The notes: a model not told the origin generated them from the letters alone. A DNA stretch of 64,000 nucleotides from Candidatus Nomurabacteria bacterium RIFOXYD2_FULL_35_12 (GCA_001786365.1 MFWK01000022.1:15087-79086), one strand, 5' to 3'; shown: positions 51,394-61,537, counted from the stretch's first letter. Translations and numbers: made by a program.

Positions 51394-52359
51394 TTACTCC
51401 TCCGTTTCATTTCCCACTGCACCTGTTTCAATATCAGCAATTATTTCCCCTATTCCGCCTTCCATTATTTTCGGCAAATTGTGCCAAGATTTCTTTATAC
51501 GATGATCCGTCACGCGGTCTTGAGGGAAATTATAAGTGCGGATTTTTTCTGATCTATCTGCTGTACCTATTTGCTCTTTGCGTTCTCCGGCATATTTTTT
51601 TGCTTCTTTTTCTTCTTCTAATTGCTGAAGTTTAGCAGTCAAAATAGCCATCGCTTTTTCTCTGTTTGCGAGCTGACTGCGTTCATTTGTAGAACGGACA
51701 TCAAGTCCGGTAGGCTTGTGAATGATACGTACAGCCGTTTCAACCTTGTTCACATTTTGTCCTCCTTTTCCACCAGAACGAGAATATTCCAACTCAAACT
51801 CCGAAGGATCAATTTTTACTGTTACTTTTTTCCTTATCGGCAATACTGCCACAGATGCAGTGGAAGTATGAATCCTGCCGTTTTTTTCTGTCGCAGGCAT
51901 TCTCTGCACCCTGTGCACACCCGTCTCATATCGCATTTTACTGTAAACATCTTTACCTTTTATTTCAAAACTCGCTTCTTTATAACCATTCAAATCACTC
52001 TTTGATTCATAATTTACTTTCCAGCTCCAGCCTTGTGCTTCTGAAAACTTCTCATACATATGGGCGAGTTCCCAAGCAAAAAGAGATGCTTCGTCTCCAC
52101 CGGCACCAGCTCGCACTTCTAAAACTATTTCATTCGTCATCTCTTCCTCTTCTTTGTCTTTGTCAAAAATTTCTTGTACTTGTTTTTCTATTCTTTCTCT
52201 TTCTTCTTGAATAAATTTTAATTCCTTTACTGCCATTTCATGCAAACTATCATCGCTCGCGAGCATTTCTCGCACTTCCGCTTCTTCTCGGACAAGTTTT
52301 TCCAACATGTCAGCTAAATAGCTTGTATTATGATTTCTTTTAAGTTCTTCTAAATCCAT
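51394..52359 (-). CDS. prfA: Peptide chain release factor 1 (short N-terminus)
   Basis: GGDEA, GVHRVQR.PAT, GGQNVNK, RTYNFPQDR. Confidence 0.95.
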   Translation of the reverse strand: MDLEELKRNHNTSYLADMLEKLVREEAEVREMLASDDSLHEMAVKELKFIQEERERIEKQVQEIFDKDKEEEEMTNEIVLEVRAGAGGDEASLFAWELAHMYEKFSEAQGWSWKVNYESKSDLNGYKEASFEIKGKDVYSKMRYETGVHRVQRMPATEKNGRIHTSTASVAVLPIRKKVTVKIDPSEFELEYSRSGGKGGQNVNKVETAVRIIHKPTGLDVRSTNERSQLANREKAMAILTAKLQQLEEEKEAKKYAGERKEQIGTADRSEKIRTYNFPQDRVTDHRIKKSWHNLPKIMEGGIGEIIADIETGAVGNETEE

Positions 52360-52390
52360 ATAATTATATTATACAAAAATAAATCGTTGA

Positions 52391-52484
52391 GTCGTAACTC
52401 TTTGCAGGGGTTTCGAGGCTGACGAGCCGAGAATTTCAGGATTTTTTAAGCTTCAAAAAATCCGTACCGAAAAAGAGTTATGAC
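52391..52484. mobile_element. Family I element downstream of rpmE
   Basis: Arms gtcgtaactcttt/aaagagttatgac; core gaggct-gacg-agccgag. Confidence 0.65.
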
Positions 52485-52494
52485 GAGAAAGATT

Positions 52495-52719
52495 TTATTT
52501 CTTTGCTTTAGCAGTTACGGTTGCAGCACGTCGCTTGTTGAATCTCTCTACGCGTCCAGCAGTGTCCATAATTTTTTCATTACCAGTATAAAAAGGATGG
52601 CAATTACTGCAGATTTCCATAGCAATTTCAGGCATTGTGGAACCAACTTCAAAAACCGCCCCGCAAGCGCAAGTGGCTTTTGTCTTTATATCGTATTTTG
52701 GATGTATCTCTTTTTTCAT
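52495..52719 (-). CDS. rpmE: 50S ribosomal protein L31
   Basis: MKKEIHPKY, CACG, CSNCHPFYTG, GRVERF. Confidence 0.97.
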   Translation of the reverse strand: MKKEIHPKYDIKTKATCACGAVFEVGSTMPEIAMEICSNCHPFYTGNEKIMDTAGRVERFNKRRAATVTAKAKK

Positions 52720-52748
52720 TGCTCAAAAAGATTATCACGAATTCTATT

Positions 52749-54158
52749 TTAAAGCAAATCTATATCAGCTTGAATTTTTAATTTCAATTTTTGAACGCTT
52801 CGGCTATAAGAACAAGAAGTTCCCGTGCCTTTTTTTACTGTTTCATATTTTTTTGTTTTTGTATTATATATTTGGTTAAGACCTGTTCCATAGTAACTGC
52901 AAGCTGCTTTGTTTTGCTTACTAGTGCTCGTGCCCACTGCTCCAAGATCTGATAAAAACATTCCTGAAGCCATAAATGCATCTCTCGGAGCCCACGGATT
53001 GGCAACAGAACCCAAAACATCTTTCAGACGACTAGCAAAAATCTTCCAAGTAGAAGGAATAAATTGTGCCGGCCCCATAGCCCCGCCATAGCCTTTTATA
53101 TTTGCCACCGGACAAGAAACAGCAGTTTTATAAGCATTAAATCCCAGCTCCACAGTCATACTCAAAAATACCGGAACATCACGCGTAGGATTCATCACAT
53201 TTGCAAAAACTTTTCCAGTATTTTTACCGACGCCAGCCCCTGTATCAGGATTCGTCAGATAACACTGCCCGACATTTGCGCCAAGGCTGGACTCTTGAGT
53301 TAAAATCGCCAACAAAAATGCCGGATCAACTCCTAATTTACTTTTTACTTCATTTGCATATTGCAACGCTGTTCCGAAATCAATTTTTTGCGAAATACCG
53401 GCAAGACTAAAAAGAGCACTGCGAATTTTATTTGCTTGAACTTTTTTTGCATCTGCTAATTTTTGATATTCTGCCTCTTTATTTTTTGAAATAGATAAAA
53501 GTTGTTTTTTCTCTGCTTCGGATTTCGCCACAGTTTTCTGAGCACTTTCTAACTCAGCTTTTGCATCAAGTTCGGCACTTTGTTTATTTTCTAAATCTTT
53601 TTTTGCAACTTCAGTTTGTGTTTTGGCTCCATTGACTATATCAATCGAAGATTTTACAGCTTGCTTTATCGAAGTGTAAGATTCTAAATCACTATAAAAA
53701 TCTGAAACGCTTTTATTTGAAAGAATTAAACTGACTAAATTCCCATCATCAAATTCATTTGTATTTCTGAGCAATTGAGCTAAAGATTCATGTTCACGCT
53801 CTATCTTGTCGGAAAGTGATTTGATGGTATTAACTTTTTCAGTAATATTTACTTTTAATTGAGCTATTGTGAGAGCTCTGGCTTTTATTTTTGCTTTTAA
53901 TGTATTTATCTTGCTAGTTAGATAATCCACATCCCCTTTCAAAGTTCCAGAAGTTTTTTGTTGCTCTTTTTGTTGTTCCAATAAAGCTGAAAGCTGAGCT
54001 TCTATCTGAGAAAGTTCATTTTGGCAATAATCTTTATCGGACTGAGCGGAAGATACTGTAAGCGTCAAACAATCAAAAACAGCATATGTTTTATGCCCTG
54101 AAAGACTAAAAAATAAAGATATTATAAAAATAAAAGCTATGACTGCGTTTCTCGTCAT
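52749..54158 (-). CDS. Secreted coiled-coil protein with a C-terminal lytic transglycosylase domain
   Basis: Signal peptide; long coiled coil; AILTQES, GAMGPAQFIPSTW. Confidence 0.8.
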   Translation of the reverse strand: MTRNAVIAFIFIISLFFSLSGHKTYAVFDCLTLTVSSAQSDKDYCQNELSQIEAQLSALLEQQKEQQKTSGTLKGDVDYLTSKINTLKAKIKARALTIAQLKVNITEKVNTIKSLSDKIEREHESLAQLLRNTNEFDDGNLVSLILSNKSVSDFYSDLESYTSIKQAVKSSIDIVNGAKTQTEVAKKDLENKQSAELDAKAELESAQKTVAKSEAEKKQLLSISKNKEAEYQKLADAKKVQANKIRSALFSLAGISQKIDFGTALQYANEVKSKLGVDPAFLLAILTQESSLGANVGQCYLTNPDTGAGVGKNTGKVFANVMNPTRDVPVFLSMTVELGFNAYKTAVSCPVANIKGYGGAMGPAQFIPSTWKIFASRLKDVLGSVANPWAPRDAFMASGMFLSDLGAVGTSTSKQNKAACSYYGTGLNQIYNTKTKKYETVKKGTGTSCSYSRSVQKLKLKIQADIDLL

Positions 54159-54190
54159 AGCTTTTATTATACCATAATTTTATAAAATTT

Positions 54191-54916
54191 TTACTTCTTT
54201 TCTGCCTTCTTTTCCCCGCCTGCAACGCTATGCGCAGCATTGCGGGCAGGTTCTTTAGCTGGTGTGGTGGTGGCTGGTTCTGCTCCAGGCACTCCTTCTT
54301 CTTCTTTCTTGCCTTTCTTCTCTACTTCAATAGCGGACAAATCAGGAGCAACTACGACTTCTTCTTTTTCTTCAACTTGAGCAACGACAGAAGCTACGAC
54401 ATCGCCTGTATTTGTGATGACGACGACTCCGGATGGCAATTTTATATCAGAAACGAAAACGTTATTATCCAAGGTTTCAAGTTTTGAAATATCTACAACT
54501 AAATTGTGCGGTAAATCTGCAGGCAAAGCTTCGATTTCTATTTCATGAAGAACTTTCACAAGATTTCCAATACCACTCTTTACCGCATTTGAAATACCTT
54601 CGAATACAAGAGGAACCTTGACTCGAATTTTCTTTTTCATATCAATAACCAAAAAATCCACATGGATTGGCTCATCGGTGACTGGGTCTACTTGCACTTC
54701 ATGAATAAGAGCATTCACATCGCCAGCAGGAGTAGAAATCTTGATAGCAGAAGACTCTCCGGCATCTCGCCAGATTTTCTTGAATTCAACGATAGAAAGT
54801 GTTACAGATGTGGTCTTTTCCCCTGCTCCGTAAAAAACAGCTGGGATTTTCCCAGACTTTCTCAAAACACCCAATTTTGTATCTAAATCTCTTTTATCAG
54901 CTTTAATTACAAACAT
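54191..54916 (-). CDS. rplY: 50S ribosomal protein L25/Ctc
   Basis: GKIPAVFYG, Q.DPV...HVDF, LP.DLP..L.VDIS; start at MFVIK. Confidence 0.93.
   Translation of the reverse strand: MFVIKADKRDLDTKLGVLRKSGKIPAVFYGAGEKTTSVTLSIVEFKKIWRDAGESSAIKISTPAGDVNALIHEVQVDPVTDEPIHVDFLVIDMKKKIRVKVPLVFEGISNAVKSGIGNLVKVLHEIEIEALPADLPHNLVVDISKLETLDNNVFVSDIKLPSGVVVITNTGDVVASVVAQVEEKEEVVVAPDLSAIEVEKKGKKEEEGVPGAEPATTTPAKEPARNAAHSVAGGEKKAEKK
54215..54250 (-). mobile_element. Family B element, in frame in rplY (PARNAAHSVAGG)
   Basis: cctgcccgcaatgctgcgcatagcgttgcaggcggg. Confidence 0.88.
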
Positions 54917-54930
54917 ATAACTTAATACAA

Positions 54931-55000
54931 TATTATCTCCTCGACTCGGAAATGGAAAAAGAAAGATATTTTCCATTTCCCTCGCCTTACGTCGCTAATA
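54931..55000. repeat. Hairpin element upstream of rplY
   Basis: ggaaatggaaaa/ttttccatttcc stem with GCGACG-containing flanks. Confidence 0.5.
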
Positions 55001-55045
55001 AAGATAGTATATATAAAAATACTAAAAAAGCAAATATAAATTCAA

Positions 55046-56044
55046 CTATTTATATTTCCCAATAGATGCCAGGCTATTATTTTGAGCAGATTGCAAGAGA
55101 AGCTCTTGCGCACCTGATACATCATTTGGATTCTTTGCCCAAGATTTAAAAGCAGGATTTTGAATCGCTCGGCCATAAGAAAATGAAAGTGGCCAAGGAA
55201 GAAAATTATTCTTATGCATTGCATTCAAATTCATTGTCGCCTCGAGATCGAACTGCCCACCGGAGAGAAAAACAATTCCACCGATATCCTCCGGCACATG
55301 TTCCTTTAAACATCTCAAAGTTATTTCGGCTACTTTTTCCGGAGAAGATTTTTCTTTTGATTCTTTTCCAGAAATAACCATGCTGGTTTTCAAAATCATC
55401 CCCGGTAAGAAAACATTCGCATCTTTAAGCTTGGCAAAAACCATTTCCAGATTGCGAGCAGTCACTTGATAGCATTTTTCTAAAGTATGATTTCCATCTA
55501 TTAAAATTTCTGGTTCAACGATTGGTACAATGTCATTTTCTTGGCACAATATCGCATATTTTGCGAAAATTTCCGCATTTACTTTCATACAATCAAAGCT
55601 AGGAATATGCACACCTATAGTATAAACTGCGCGCCATTTTGCAAAAGTCGCGCCGAGTTTCTTATACTCTTTTAACCTCTCACTTAAACCTTCTAAGCCT
55701 TTAGTTATTTTTTCTCCATCATGATTCGAAAAATCTGTAGTGCCAGCATCAACTTTTATTCCAATTTCTATTCCTTTTGAATTTAAAATTGAAACAAAAC
55801 TTTTCCCATCAACGGTTTTTTGTTTTATTGTTTCATCAAAAAGGATATAACCGGAAATATACTTTTCTATCTTTGGCGCGGTAATAAGAAGTTCACGATA
55901 CTCTCTGCGTTTTTCCTCTGTATTTGGGACACCAAGCTTTAGAAAACGTCCAGCACTCGTATTTAAACTCTCATCAATGGCAAGTATCCCTTTTGGTATC
56001 TTCATCAAACGAGCAACTGTTTTGGTGAGAATTTTTTTATTCAT
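55046..56044 (-). CDS. fba: Class I fructose-bisphosphate aldolase
   Basis: KGILAIDES, GIKVD, FAKWR, VPIVEPE, FLSGGQ, SFSYGRA.Q. Confidence 0.94.
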   Translation of the reverse strand: MNKKILTKTVARLMKIPKGILAIDESLNTSAGRFLKLGVPNTEEKRREYRELLITAPKIEKYISGYILFDETIKQKTVDGKSFVSILNSKGIEIGIKVDAGTTDFSNHDGEKITKGLEGLSERLKEYKKLGATFAKWRAVYTIGVHIPSFDCMKVNAEIFAKYAILCQENDIVPIVEPEILIDGNHTLEKCYQVTARNLEMVFAKLKDANVFLPGMILKTSMVISGKESKEKSSPEKVAEITLRCLKEHVPEDIGGIVFLSGGQFDLEATMNLNAMHKNNFLPWPLSFSYGRAIQNPAFKSWAKNPNDVSGAQELLLQSAQNNSLASIGKYK

Positions 56045-56126
56045 CCCGTTAGAAATAGGAAATGCTTTGCATTTCCATTGTTATATTACTTTTAATAAAA
56101 ATTTTAACCATATGATTTCTAACGGG
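56045..56126 (-). mobile_element. Family A element at the fba start codon
   Basis: ATGAAT-cccgttagaaat...atttctaacggg-ATGAAT on the minus strand. Confidence 0.88.
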
Positions 56127-56135
56127 ATTCATTAA

Positions 56136-57608
56136 TTATTTAAGTAAATCTATTAAGACCTGTTTTGTCACAGCCGGATTTGCAGAACCTTTTGTTTCTT
56201 TCATTATCTGACCGACGAGAGACATGAGTGCCTGTTCTTTACCACCCTTGTAGTCAGCAACAACTTTCGGACTAGCGTCAATAATCTTTTTTGCAATTTC
56301 TTTCAACGCTCCAGTATCGCTACTCTGAAGAAGGTTTTTCTCTGTCGCGATTTTCATCGGTGATTCATCTTTGCTATTAGTTTTTTTTGCAATCATCGCT
56401 AAAATATCTTTTGCCACGCGAGAAGAAATTTTATTTTCTGAAACAAGATTTATTAATTCTGCAAAATTTCCAACAGACGGCAGTTTTACCTCGCTTTTTG
56501 CTCTGAGTCCTATAAAATCTGTCGTAACATAATTAGACGCTATCTTTATTTGATCCTTATTTTTCAAAATTTTAGCCACTTCTTCAAACCAAGCTCCCAA
56601 ACTAGGCTCATTTATATAGCTTTCTATGTCTTCATCTTTTATTCCAAAATCTTTCTTGTATCTTGCACGTTTTGCCTGTGGAAGTTCTGGTAATTCTTTT
56701 TCAATTTTTTCTAAGTCAAATGCTTCGTGTAATTTCATCTTTGGCAAATCGGGTTCTGGAAAATATCTATAGTCTGCGCTTCCCTCTTTTTTTCTCTGAG
56801 AAAAAGTTTTTTGTTTACCATCATCCCAACCTCGAGTTTCCTGCACTATTTCTGAGCCTTTGCCTTCTTCTACTAATTTTATCATCCGATCGACTTCGTA
56901 TTTTATAGCTCGTTCAACGCTTCGGAAAGAATTTAAATTCTTTACTTCTACTTTTGTGCCTAATTTTTTTAGATCCGTAGAAACAGAAATGTTTGCTTCC
57001 ACGCGCATTTCACCTTTCTCCATATTCGCTTCGGAAACTCCAAGATACCAAAGTATAAGCTGGAGTTCTTTGGCAAATTTTGTCGAGCCTTTTGCCGCTT
57101 CTTCATCACTTTGAAAAGTTGTCGCTTCTGTCACAAGCTCCATCAAAGGTATACCTGCTCTGTTAAAGTCTACTAAACTATATCCGCCACGGTCACCTGC
57201 CCCGTACCGAGCTTGCTCTGGTTCGGGGTGCTTGTTGTTTGCTGTGTCTTCTTCCAAATGCACGCGAGTTATGTCAAAATCTGCCAAATGTCCACCAGAA
57301 ACTATTGGAAATTTATATTGAGAAATCTGATAACCTTTTGGAATATCCGGATAAAAATAATTCTTACGATCAAATTCCGTAAAGTCCGCAATTTTTCCAT
57401 CTACCGCCAAGCCGACTTTTATAACATTTTCTATCGCTTTTTTATTTATAACTGGCAAAGCTCCCGGATGCGCCATGCAAACTGGGCAGACATTTACGTT
57501 TGGCTTTTCTTCATCTGGGTCATTCTTGCAACCACAAAACATTTTTGTATTTGTCGAAAGTTCCGCATGTATTTCTAAACCAATTGTCGGGTAATACTTT
57601 TTTTCCAT
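56136..57608 (-). CDS. gatB: Asp/Glu-tRNA amidotransferase subunit B
   Basis: IGLEIH, FDRKNYFYPD.PKGYQISQ, EVKNLNS, DYRYFPEPDLP. Confidence 0.97.
   Translation of the reverse strand: MEKKYYPTIGLEIHAELSTNTKMFCGCKNDPDEEKPNVNVCPVCMAHPGALPVINKKAIENVIKVGLAVDGKIADFTEFDRKNYFYPDIPKGYQISQYKFPIVSGGHLADFDITRVHLEEDTANNKHPEPEQARYGAGDRGGYSLVDFNRAGIPLMELVTEATTFQSDEEAAKGSTKFAKELQLILWYLGVSEANMEKGEMRVEANISVSTDLKKLGTKVEVKNLNSFRSVERAIKYEVDRMIKLVEEGKGSEIVQETRGWDDGKQKTFSQRKKEGSADYRYFPEPDLPKMKLHEAFDLEKIEKELPELPQAKRARYKKDFGIKDEDIESYINEPSLGAWFEEVAKILKNKDQIKIASNYVTTDFIGLRAKSEVKLPSVGNFAELINLVSENKISSRVAKDILAMIAKKTNSKDESPMKIATEKNLLQSSDTGALKEIAKKIIDASPKVVADYKGGKEQALMSLVGQIMKETKGSANPAVTKQVLIDLLK
57196..57228 (-). mobile_element. 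Family E element, in frame in gatB (PEPEQARYGAG)
   Basis: ccccgaa-ccagagcaagctcgg-tacggggcagg, 33 bp. Confidence 0.82.
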
Positions 57609-57670
57609 TATTAAAATAATAGCATATTTATAAAATATAATGAATTCCACAAATATAGATTGTTAATTTA

Positions 57671-57704
57671 TCTACCATCTAGAACATATGTAAAAGTTAG
57701 TAGA
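57671..57704. repeat. 34-bp symmetric site, downstream copy
   Basis: TCTAC-N8-ACATATGT-N8-GTAGA. Confidence 0.75.
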
Positions 57705-57715
57705 AATAATATAAC

Positions 57716-58285
57716 TTAACTTTTTGATTTCAAAGTTCCATTTTTTGTAACTTCCAAGATTTCCACATAATCTAAAATGCCTAGCTTGCTTAAATCAGTA
57801 ATAAATCTTTCAGGTAGCTCTACCTTGCCCACCCAAACACTCTTGTGAACTAAATTAAAATCAAGCATTTGCAACATACCTCTTAAAATATTTCTCTCTC
57901 TATTGAAAGAAACTGGGATATCATAACTAATTACCACAACCTTATTTCCTAATTTTGATTTATATAAATCCTTATTTAAGGAAAAAGAATTTTGAAAATT
58001 ATTTAATTTATGTTTTCCTTTTTCGCTCAAATAAATTTGATTTAAGTCATTTTTAAAAATCAACCCTTCACTTTTTAATTTGGACAAATATTTTTTTAAC
58101 TTATCCATTTTCTGTTTGTCTAATTGTAAATTTATTCTTTTGTTTTGTATTTTTGAAAACTCGTATCTTATTTTATTACTCGTTGCGCCATATCCTGCTT
58201 GTAAAAAAGAATTTGCAAAATCAACATAATCAATCACTTCATCACCCAATAAATTAAAAATTTTATAAATAATTTCTCCTTTCAT
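57716..58285 (-). CDS. PaaX-like wHTH plus Cas2/VapD-like domain protein
   Basis: L.KLK.EGLI...LSEKG wHTH; VISYDIP...R..LR..L....F..VHKSVW. Confidence 0.75.
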   Translation of the reverse strand: MKGEIIYKIFNLLGDEVIDYVDFANSFLQAGYGATSNKIRYEFSKIQNKRINLQLDKQKMDKLKKYLSKLKSEGLIFKNDLNQIYLSEKGKHKLNNFQNSFSLNKDLYKSKLGNKVVVISYDIPVSFNRERNILRGMLQMLDFNLVHKSVWVGKVELPERFITDLSKLGILDYVEILEVTKNGTLKSKS

Positions 58286-58313
58286 GCCATATATTATACA
58301 TCATAATTAATAT

Positions 58314-58347
58314 TCTACTAATTTAGACATATGTAAAAGATAGTAGA
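58314..58347. repeat. 34-bp symmetric site, upstream copy
   Basis: TCTAC-N8-ACATATGT-N8-GTAGA. Confidence 0.75.
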
Positions 58348-58394
58348 AAATATTTAATTTATTTTTTAAAAAATTTAATTACATAAAAAGAAAA

Positions 58395-58420
58395 TCGCCC
58401 CGGCTGGAGTGTCGGGGCGA
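58395..58420 (-). terminator. GC hairpin, probable terminator of the orphan ORF
   Basis: tcgccccggc-tggagt-gtcggggcga followed by a T-tract on the minus strand. Confidence 0.55.
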
Positions 58421-58454
58421 CAATCTCCTCGCGCAGGGCGAGATACAACATGAT

Positions 58455-58802
58455 TCATGACTGAACATACAGAGCTCCTTTCTCAAGGAGACCAGGAAGC
58501 TCTTTTTTACAGCAGTAGCATCTGAAAGATGAGCCAGCTCGAATAGTGTTGAGATTTCCACATTCCGAACAAGCTTCGCACTCCTCCAGGAAAAGGATTG
58601 GGTATGTTTGCCAAGCGTTCAAGAACACCCCAACAAGTGCACGGTCTATGATGAAATAAAGTGACGCTTCAGGTATGAAGCCTTCCCTGTCCACTTCCTT
58701 CATCATTCGATCCCAAGCTACCTTGATACTTTCCTGCGCTAATCCCCACTCTCGCAAAAAGTATAACAGACTCATTGCGTGATATGACATAGGATACGAC
58801 AT
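58455..58802 (-). CDS. Orphan protein with a Zn-ribbon-like C-terminus, more GC-rich than its flanks
   Basis: CSECG...FRCYCC; AAGGAG SD upstream. Confidence 0.55.
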   Translation of the reverse strand: MSYPMSYHAMSLLYFLREWGLAQESIKVAWDRMMKEVDREGFIPEASLYFIIDRALVGVFLNAWQTYPILFLEECEACSECGNLNTIRAGSSFRCYCCKKELPGLLEKGALYVQS

Positions 58803-58904
58803 AAAGTTTGCTCCTTCCGTATTTTGATTTAACTTGTGAACACCTAAACTAAAAAAGATTATATCACAAATATAAGAGGTTGTCTATAAAAATATGGGGA
58901 AAAT

Positions 58905-59915
58905 TTACGCTTTCTTTAGAATCTTTACTAACGAGTCACTGAATTTTTTTACCATTTTGTCATCAAACAGAGAAAGAATAAAAACGTTCTTGCTGATTTT
59001 TTTGAAATCTGCTACTTTTTTAGCGATAATTTTAGCATCATTAACAAAATCAGATTTAGTTAAAATAATTATTTCTTCTTTTACAGACAAACCTTCATTA
59101 CCCAAGCCCAAAGTCTTGTCGTATTTTTCCAATTCTTTCCGTATTTCTTTATAACTTTTCATCATACCAGTAGAACCTTTAGAAAGATTTTCAAAAGAAA
59201 TGAGGTGCGCAATCATTTTCGTTCGTTTAATATGACGCAAGAATTTCACACCGAGGCCCTTGCCTTCTGAAGCCCCTTCAATGAGCCCAGGAATGTCCGC
59301 AATGATGTAACCATGAAAATCCCCCAAGTTTGGATCGAGCGTAGTAAAAGGATAATCTCCAACTTTTGCATCTGCATTTGTCAGTGCATTTAATAAAGAA
59401 GATTTACCCGCATTTGGAAGTCCAATAAAACCAATATCAGCAAAAAGCTCCAGCTCTATTTTAAAATCTCCTTTTTCACCAGGCCCACCGACATTTGATT
59501 CTTGTGGAGTCGTATTTACGGAACTTTTAAAATGTTCATTTCCAAAACCACCGAAACCACCCCTCAAGAGAAGAATCTTTTCTCCTTCTTTCATTAATTG
59601 CCATTTTTCATCAGTTGCAAGATTTGTAATAATAGAGCCAACAGGTAATTCTAAAATAAAATCTTGCCCATTTGCTCCATGCAAGCTCTTGCTTCCGCCG
59701 TCTTCCCCTCTGCCAGCAATAAAACTTTTCTTGGCTTTATATTTTAAAAGTATGTGCACGTCGCGGACAGCTTGCACATAAAAATTCCCGCCTCGTCCGG
59801 CATCTCCTCCGGCCGGGCCACCTTTTGGCTCAAATTTCTGCCTGTGCCACCTGACAACACCGTTTCCACCGGCTCCAGCTTCTGCATATATTTTAATTTC
59901 ATCAATGAATGCCAT
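58905..59915 (-). CDS. obgE: GTPase ObgE
   Basis: GGP.GGD.GRGG, GLPNAGKS, YPFTT, DIPG, TKSD. Confidence 0.97.
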   Translation of the reverse strand: MAFIDEIKIYAEAGAGGNGVVRWHRQKFEPKGGPAGGDAGRGGNFYVQAVRDVHILLKYKAKKSFIAGRGEDGGSKSLHGANGQDFILELPVGSIITNLATDEKWQLMKEGEKILLLRGGFGGFGNEHFKSSVNTTPQESNVGGPGEKGDFKIELELFADIGFIGLPNAGKSSLLNALTNADAKVGDYPFTTLDPNLGDFHGYIIADIPGLIEGASEGKGLGVKFLRHIKRTKMIAHLISFENLSKGSTGMMKSYKEIRKELEKYDKTLGLGNEGLSVKEEIIILTKSDFVNDAKIIAKKVADFKKISKNVFILSLFDDKMVKKFSDSLVKILKKA

Positions 59916-60016
59916 ATGAAAAGTATAAAAATGAAAAATTAAGGAGCCGTGGGTTCCCTGTCCTTATGACCTCGAGGGCGAAGGTGGGAGAATTTTTTAT
60001 TTTTACATTTTTCATA
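59914..60016. mobile_element. Family J element immediately upstream of obgE
   Basis: AT-rich arms atatgaaaa../..ttttcatat; core gtgggttccctgtccttatgacctcgagggcg. Confidence 0.8.
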
Positions 60017-60916
60017 TTAACCTAATAATGCCAATTCTGCTAATTTAATTGCCCCTTCTTTTGATTTTGCGACTGCAAGAAAAAGCGCCCGATGACAGAA
60101 TACCGCATCCTTTACTCCTGTTATTTTTTGCAAATCTTCATATGAATATCCACCCCAAGAAACAGGAAAGTCCTTCCTATTTCCAAAACTACTTTTGCTT
60201 TTCCTCATAGATACAACAGACCAATCATCTTTATCACCATAAACTACAAAAAGGGGTTCTTCAAAGTCTTGCAACGCATCCCAAATCTCAAATCTAGAAA
60301 CCTTTGGCTTGTCTATAACGATAAGCCTCTTGTCTTCCGACTTTTTATAATAACCTTTAATAATTTTTGTGATTTCTATTTGATCACTTGCTCTTTTAAT
60401 TTCTCTCTTTAAAATTTCTTTCGCCCACACCAACACTTTCAAAAACTGCTTGTCTTTCTCTACATCCTCTAATGCAGTCGGAGAAAAAATAGAAAAAACA
60501 TCCTGTAAAGTATATGGGAAAATATTCGAAAAATTACTCTTATACAAATCGATTCCGTTATCATTTGCATCCACCGGCATCACTAGTTTACGTTCAATCA
60601 CATCTGCGACTTCTTTACTACCGGAGATTTCTTTGCCAAATTTTTTCCAAATAAGACCAAAAGACGAATAAGGTATACCCTCCCTTTCACCTGCTCCGCC
60701 CTTCTGATGATGATCAAATCTATTTAGATCTTCACTATATATTCTTCCCACATCAAAGACATAATCTCCACTTTTTTTAATCTCAATATCTCTCGTGCGA
60801 ATTATTTTAAAATTCTCACCTCGATTCTCAAGCATGATTAAAAGCGTCGCAGCCGCAAAAATATCATCGGGGTGAAACGAACCATCATGTGTTACTAATT
60901 TTGTCAGTTTTTTCAT
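60017..60916 (-). CDS. MYG1-family exonuclease
   Basis: THDGSFHPDD, RTRD, DVG, FDHHQ, DAND, FCH. Confidence 0.9.
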   Translation of the reverse strand: MKKLTKLVTHDGSFHPDDIFAAATLLIMLENRGENFKIIRTRDIEIKKSGDYVFDVGRIYSEDLNRFDHHQKGGAGEREGIPYSSFGLIWKKFGKEISGSKEVADVIERKLVMPVDANDNGIDLYKSNFSNIFPYTLQDVFSIFSPTALEDVEKDKQFLKVLVWAKEILKREIKRASDQIEITKIIKGYYKKSEDKRLIVIDKPKVSRFEIWDALQDFEEPLFVVYGDKDDWSVVSMRKSKSSFGNRKDFPVSWGGYSYEDLQKITGVKDAVFCHRALFLAVAKSKEGAIKLAELALLG

Positions 60917-60930
60917 CCAAGTGCAAAAAT

Positions 60931-61380
60931 TTAAAATAATGAATCTACGACTTCTTTGACCAAAGTGCCATCCGCTTTACCTTTTAATTCTTTCATAACA
61001 GCAGACATCAACATACCCTTTTTTGTGGCATCAGTAATTGCAAGCTCGGCCTTTTTTGCTTTGGCGACCTTTTCAATATCTCCTTTGCTCATCATTTTCG
61101 GAAGATAAGTTTCTAGAATGGAAAGTTCTGCTTGTTCTTCTTTTACCAAGTCTTCTCTATTTCCTTTTTTGAACTGTTCAATAGAATCCTTGCGTTGCTT
61201 GGCGAGCCTATTTATCACAGCTAAAGCTTCTTCATCTTTGAGCATTTCTTGAGGCTTTTTATTTTTTGCTACAAGCTCATTTGTAAAAGCTGCAGACATA
61301 GCCCGAAATGCTTTCAGCTTTAATGCATCGTGTGCCATCATCGCTTCTTTTATTCCATTTTTTATTTGTTCGTGTAACAT
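60931..61380 (-). CDS. yqeY: GatB/YqeY-domain protein
   Basis: KQRKDSIEQF..GNR.DL...E..EL..LETYLP, KGKADG. Confidence 0.92.
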   Translation of the reverse strand: MLHEQIKNGIKEAMMAHDALKLKAFRAMSAAFTNELVAKNKKPQEMLKDEEALAVINRLAKQRKDSIEQFKKGNREDLVKEEQAELSILETYLPKMMSKGDIEKVAKAKKAELAITDATKKGMLMSAVMKELKGKADGTLVKEVVDSLF

Positions 61381-61381
61381 A

Positions 61382-61537
61382 AATTTATATAGGAATATCT
61401 ATTTTTATAAAGCAATCTATCTGGGCAAGCTTGCCCAGCGAACTGCTCGTCGCTCAAGAAAATAATAAATAGAATACTATTTTTATTTTCTAAGCTCCTG
61501 CGCAAGGCTTTCTAAAAACAATATTCCTATATAAATT
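61382..61537 (-). mobile_element. Family H element (inverted)
   Basis: Same core; arms aatttatataggaatat/atattcctatataaatt. Confidence 0.88.

Noticed and set aside
52415-52484. Hammerhead ribozyme (CTGACGA...GAAA)
   Set aside because: Stems I and II and the UH cleavage site cannot be formed convincingly, and sister copies lack CTGA
57716-58285. CRISPR-Cas locus suggested by the Cas2-like motif
   Set aside because: No cas1 and no repeat-spacer array; the N-terminal wHTH fits the PaaX-like family
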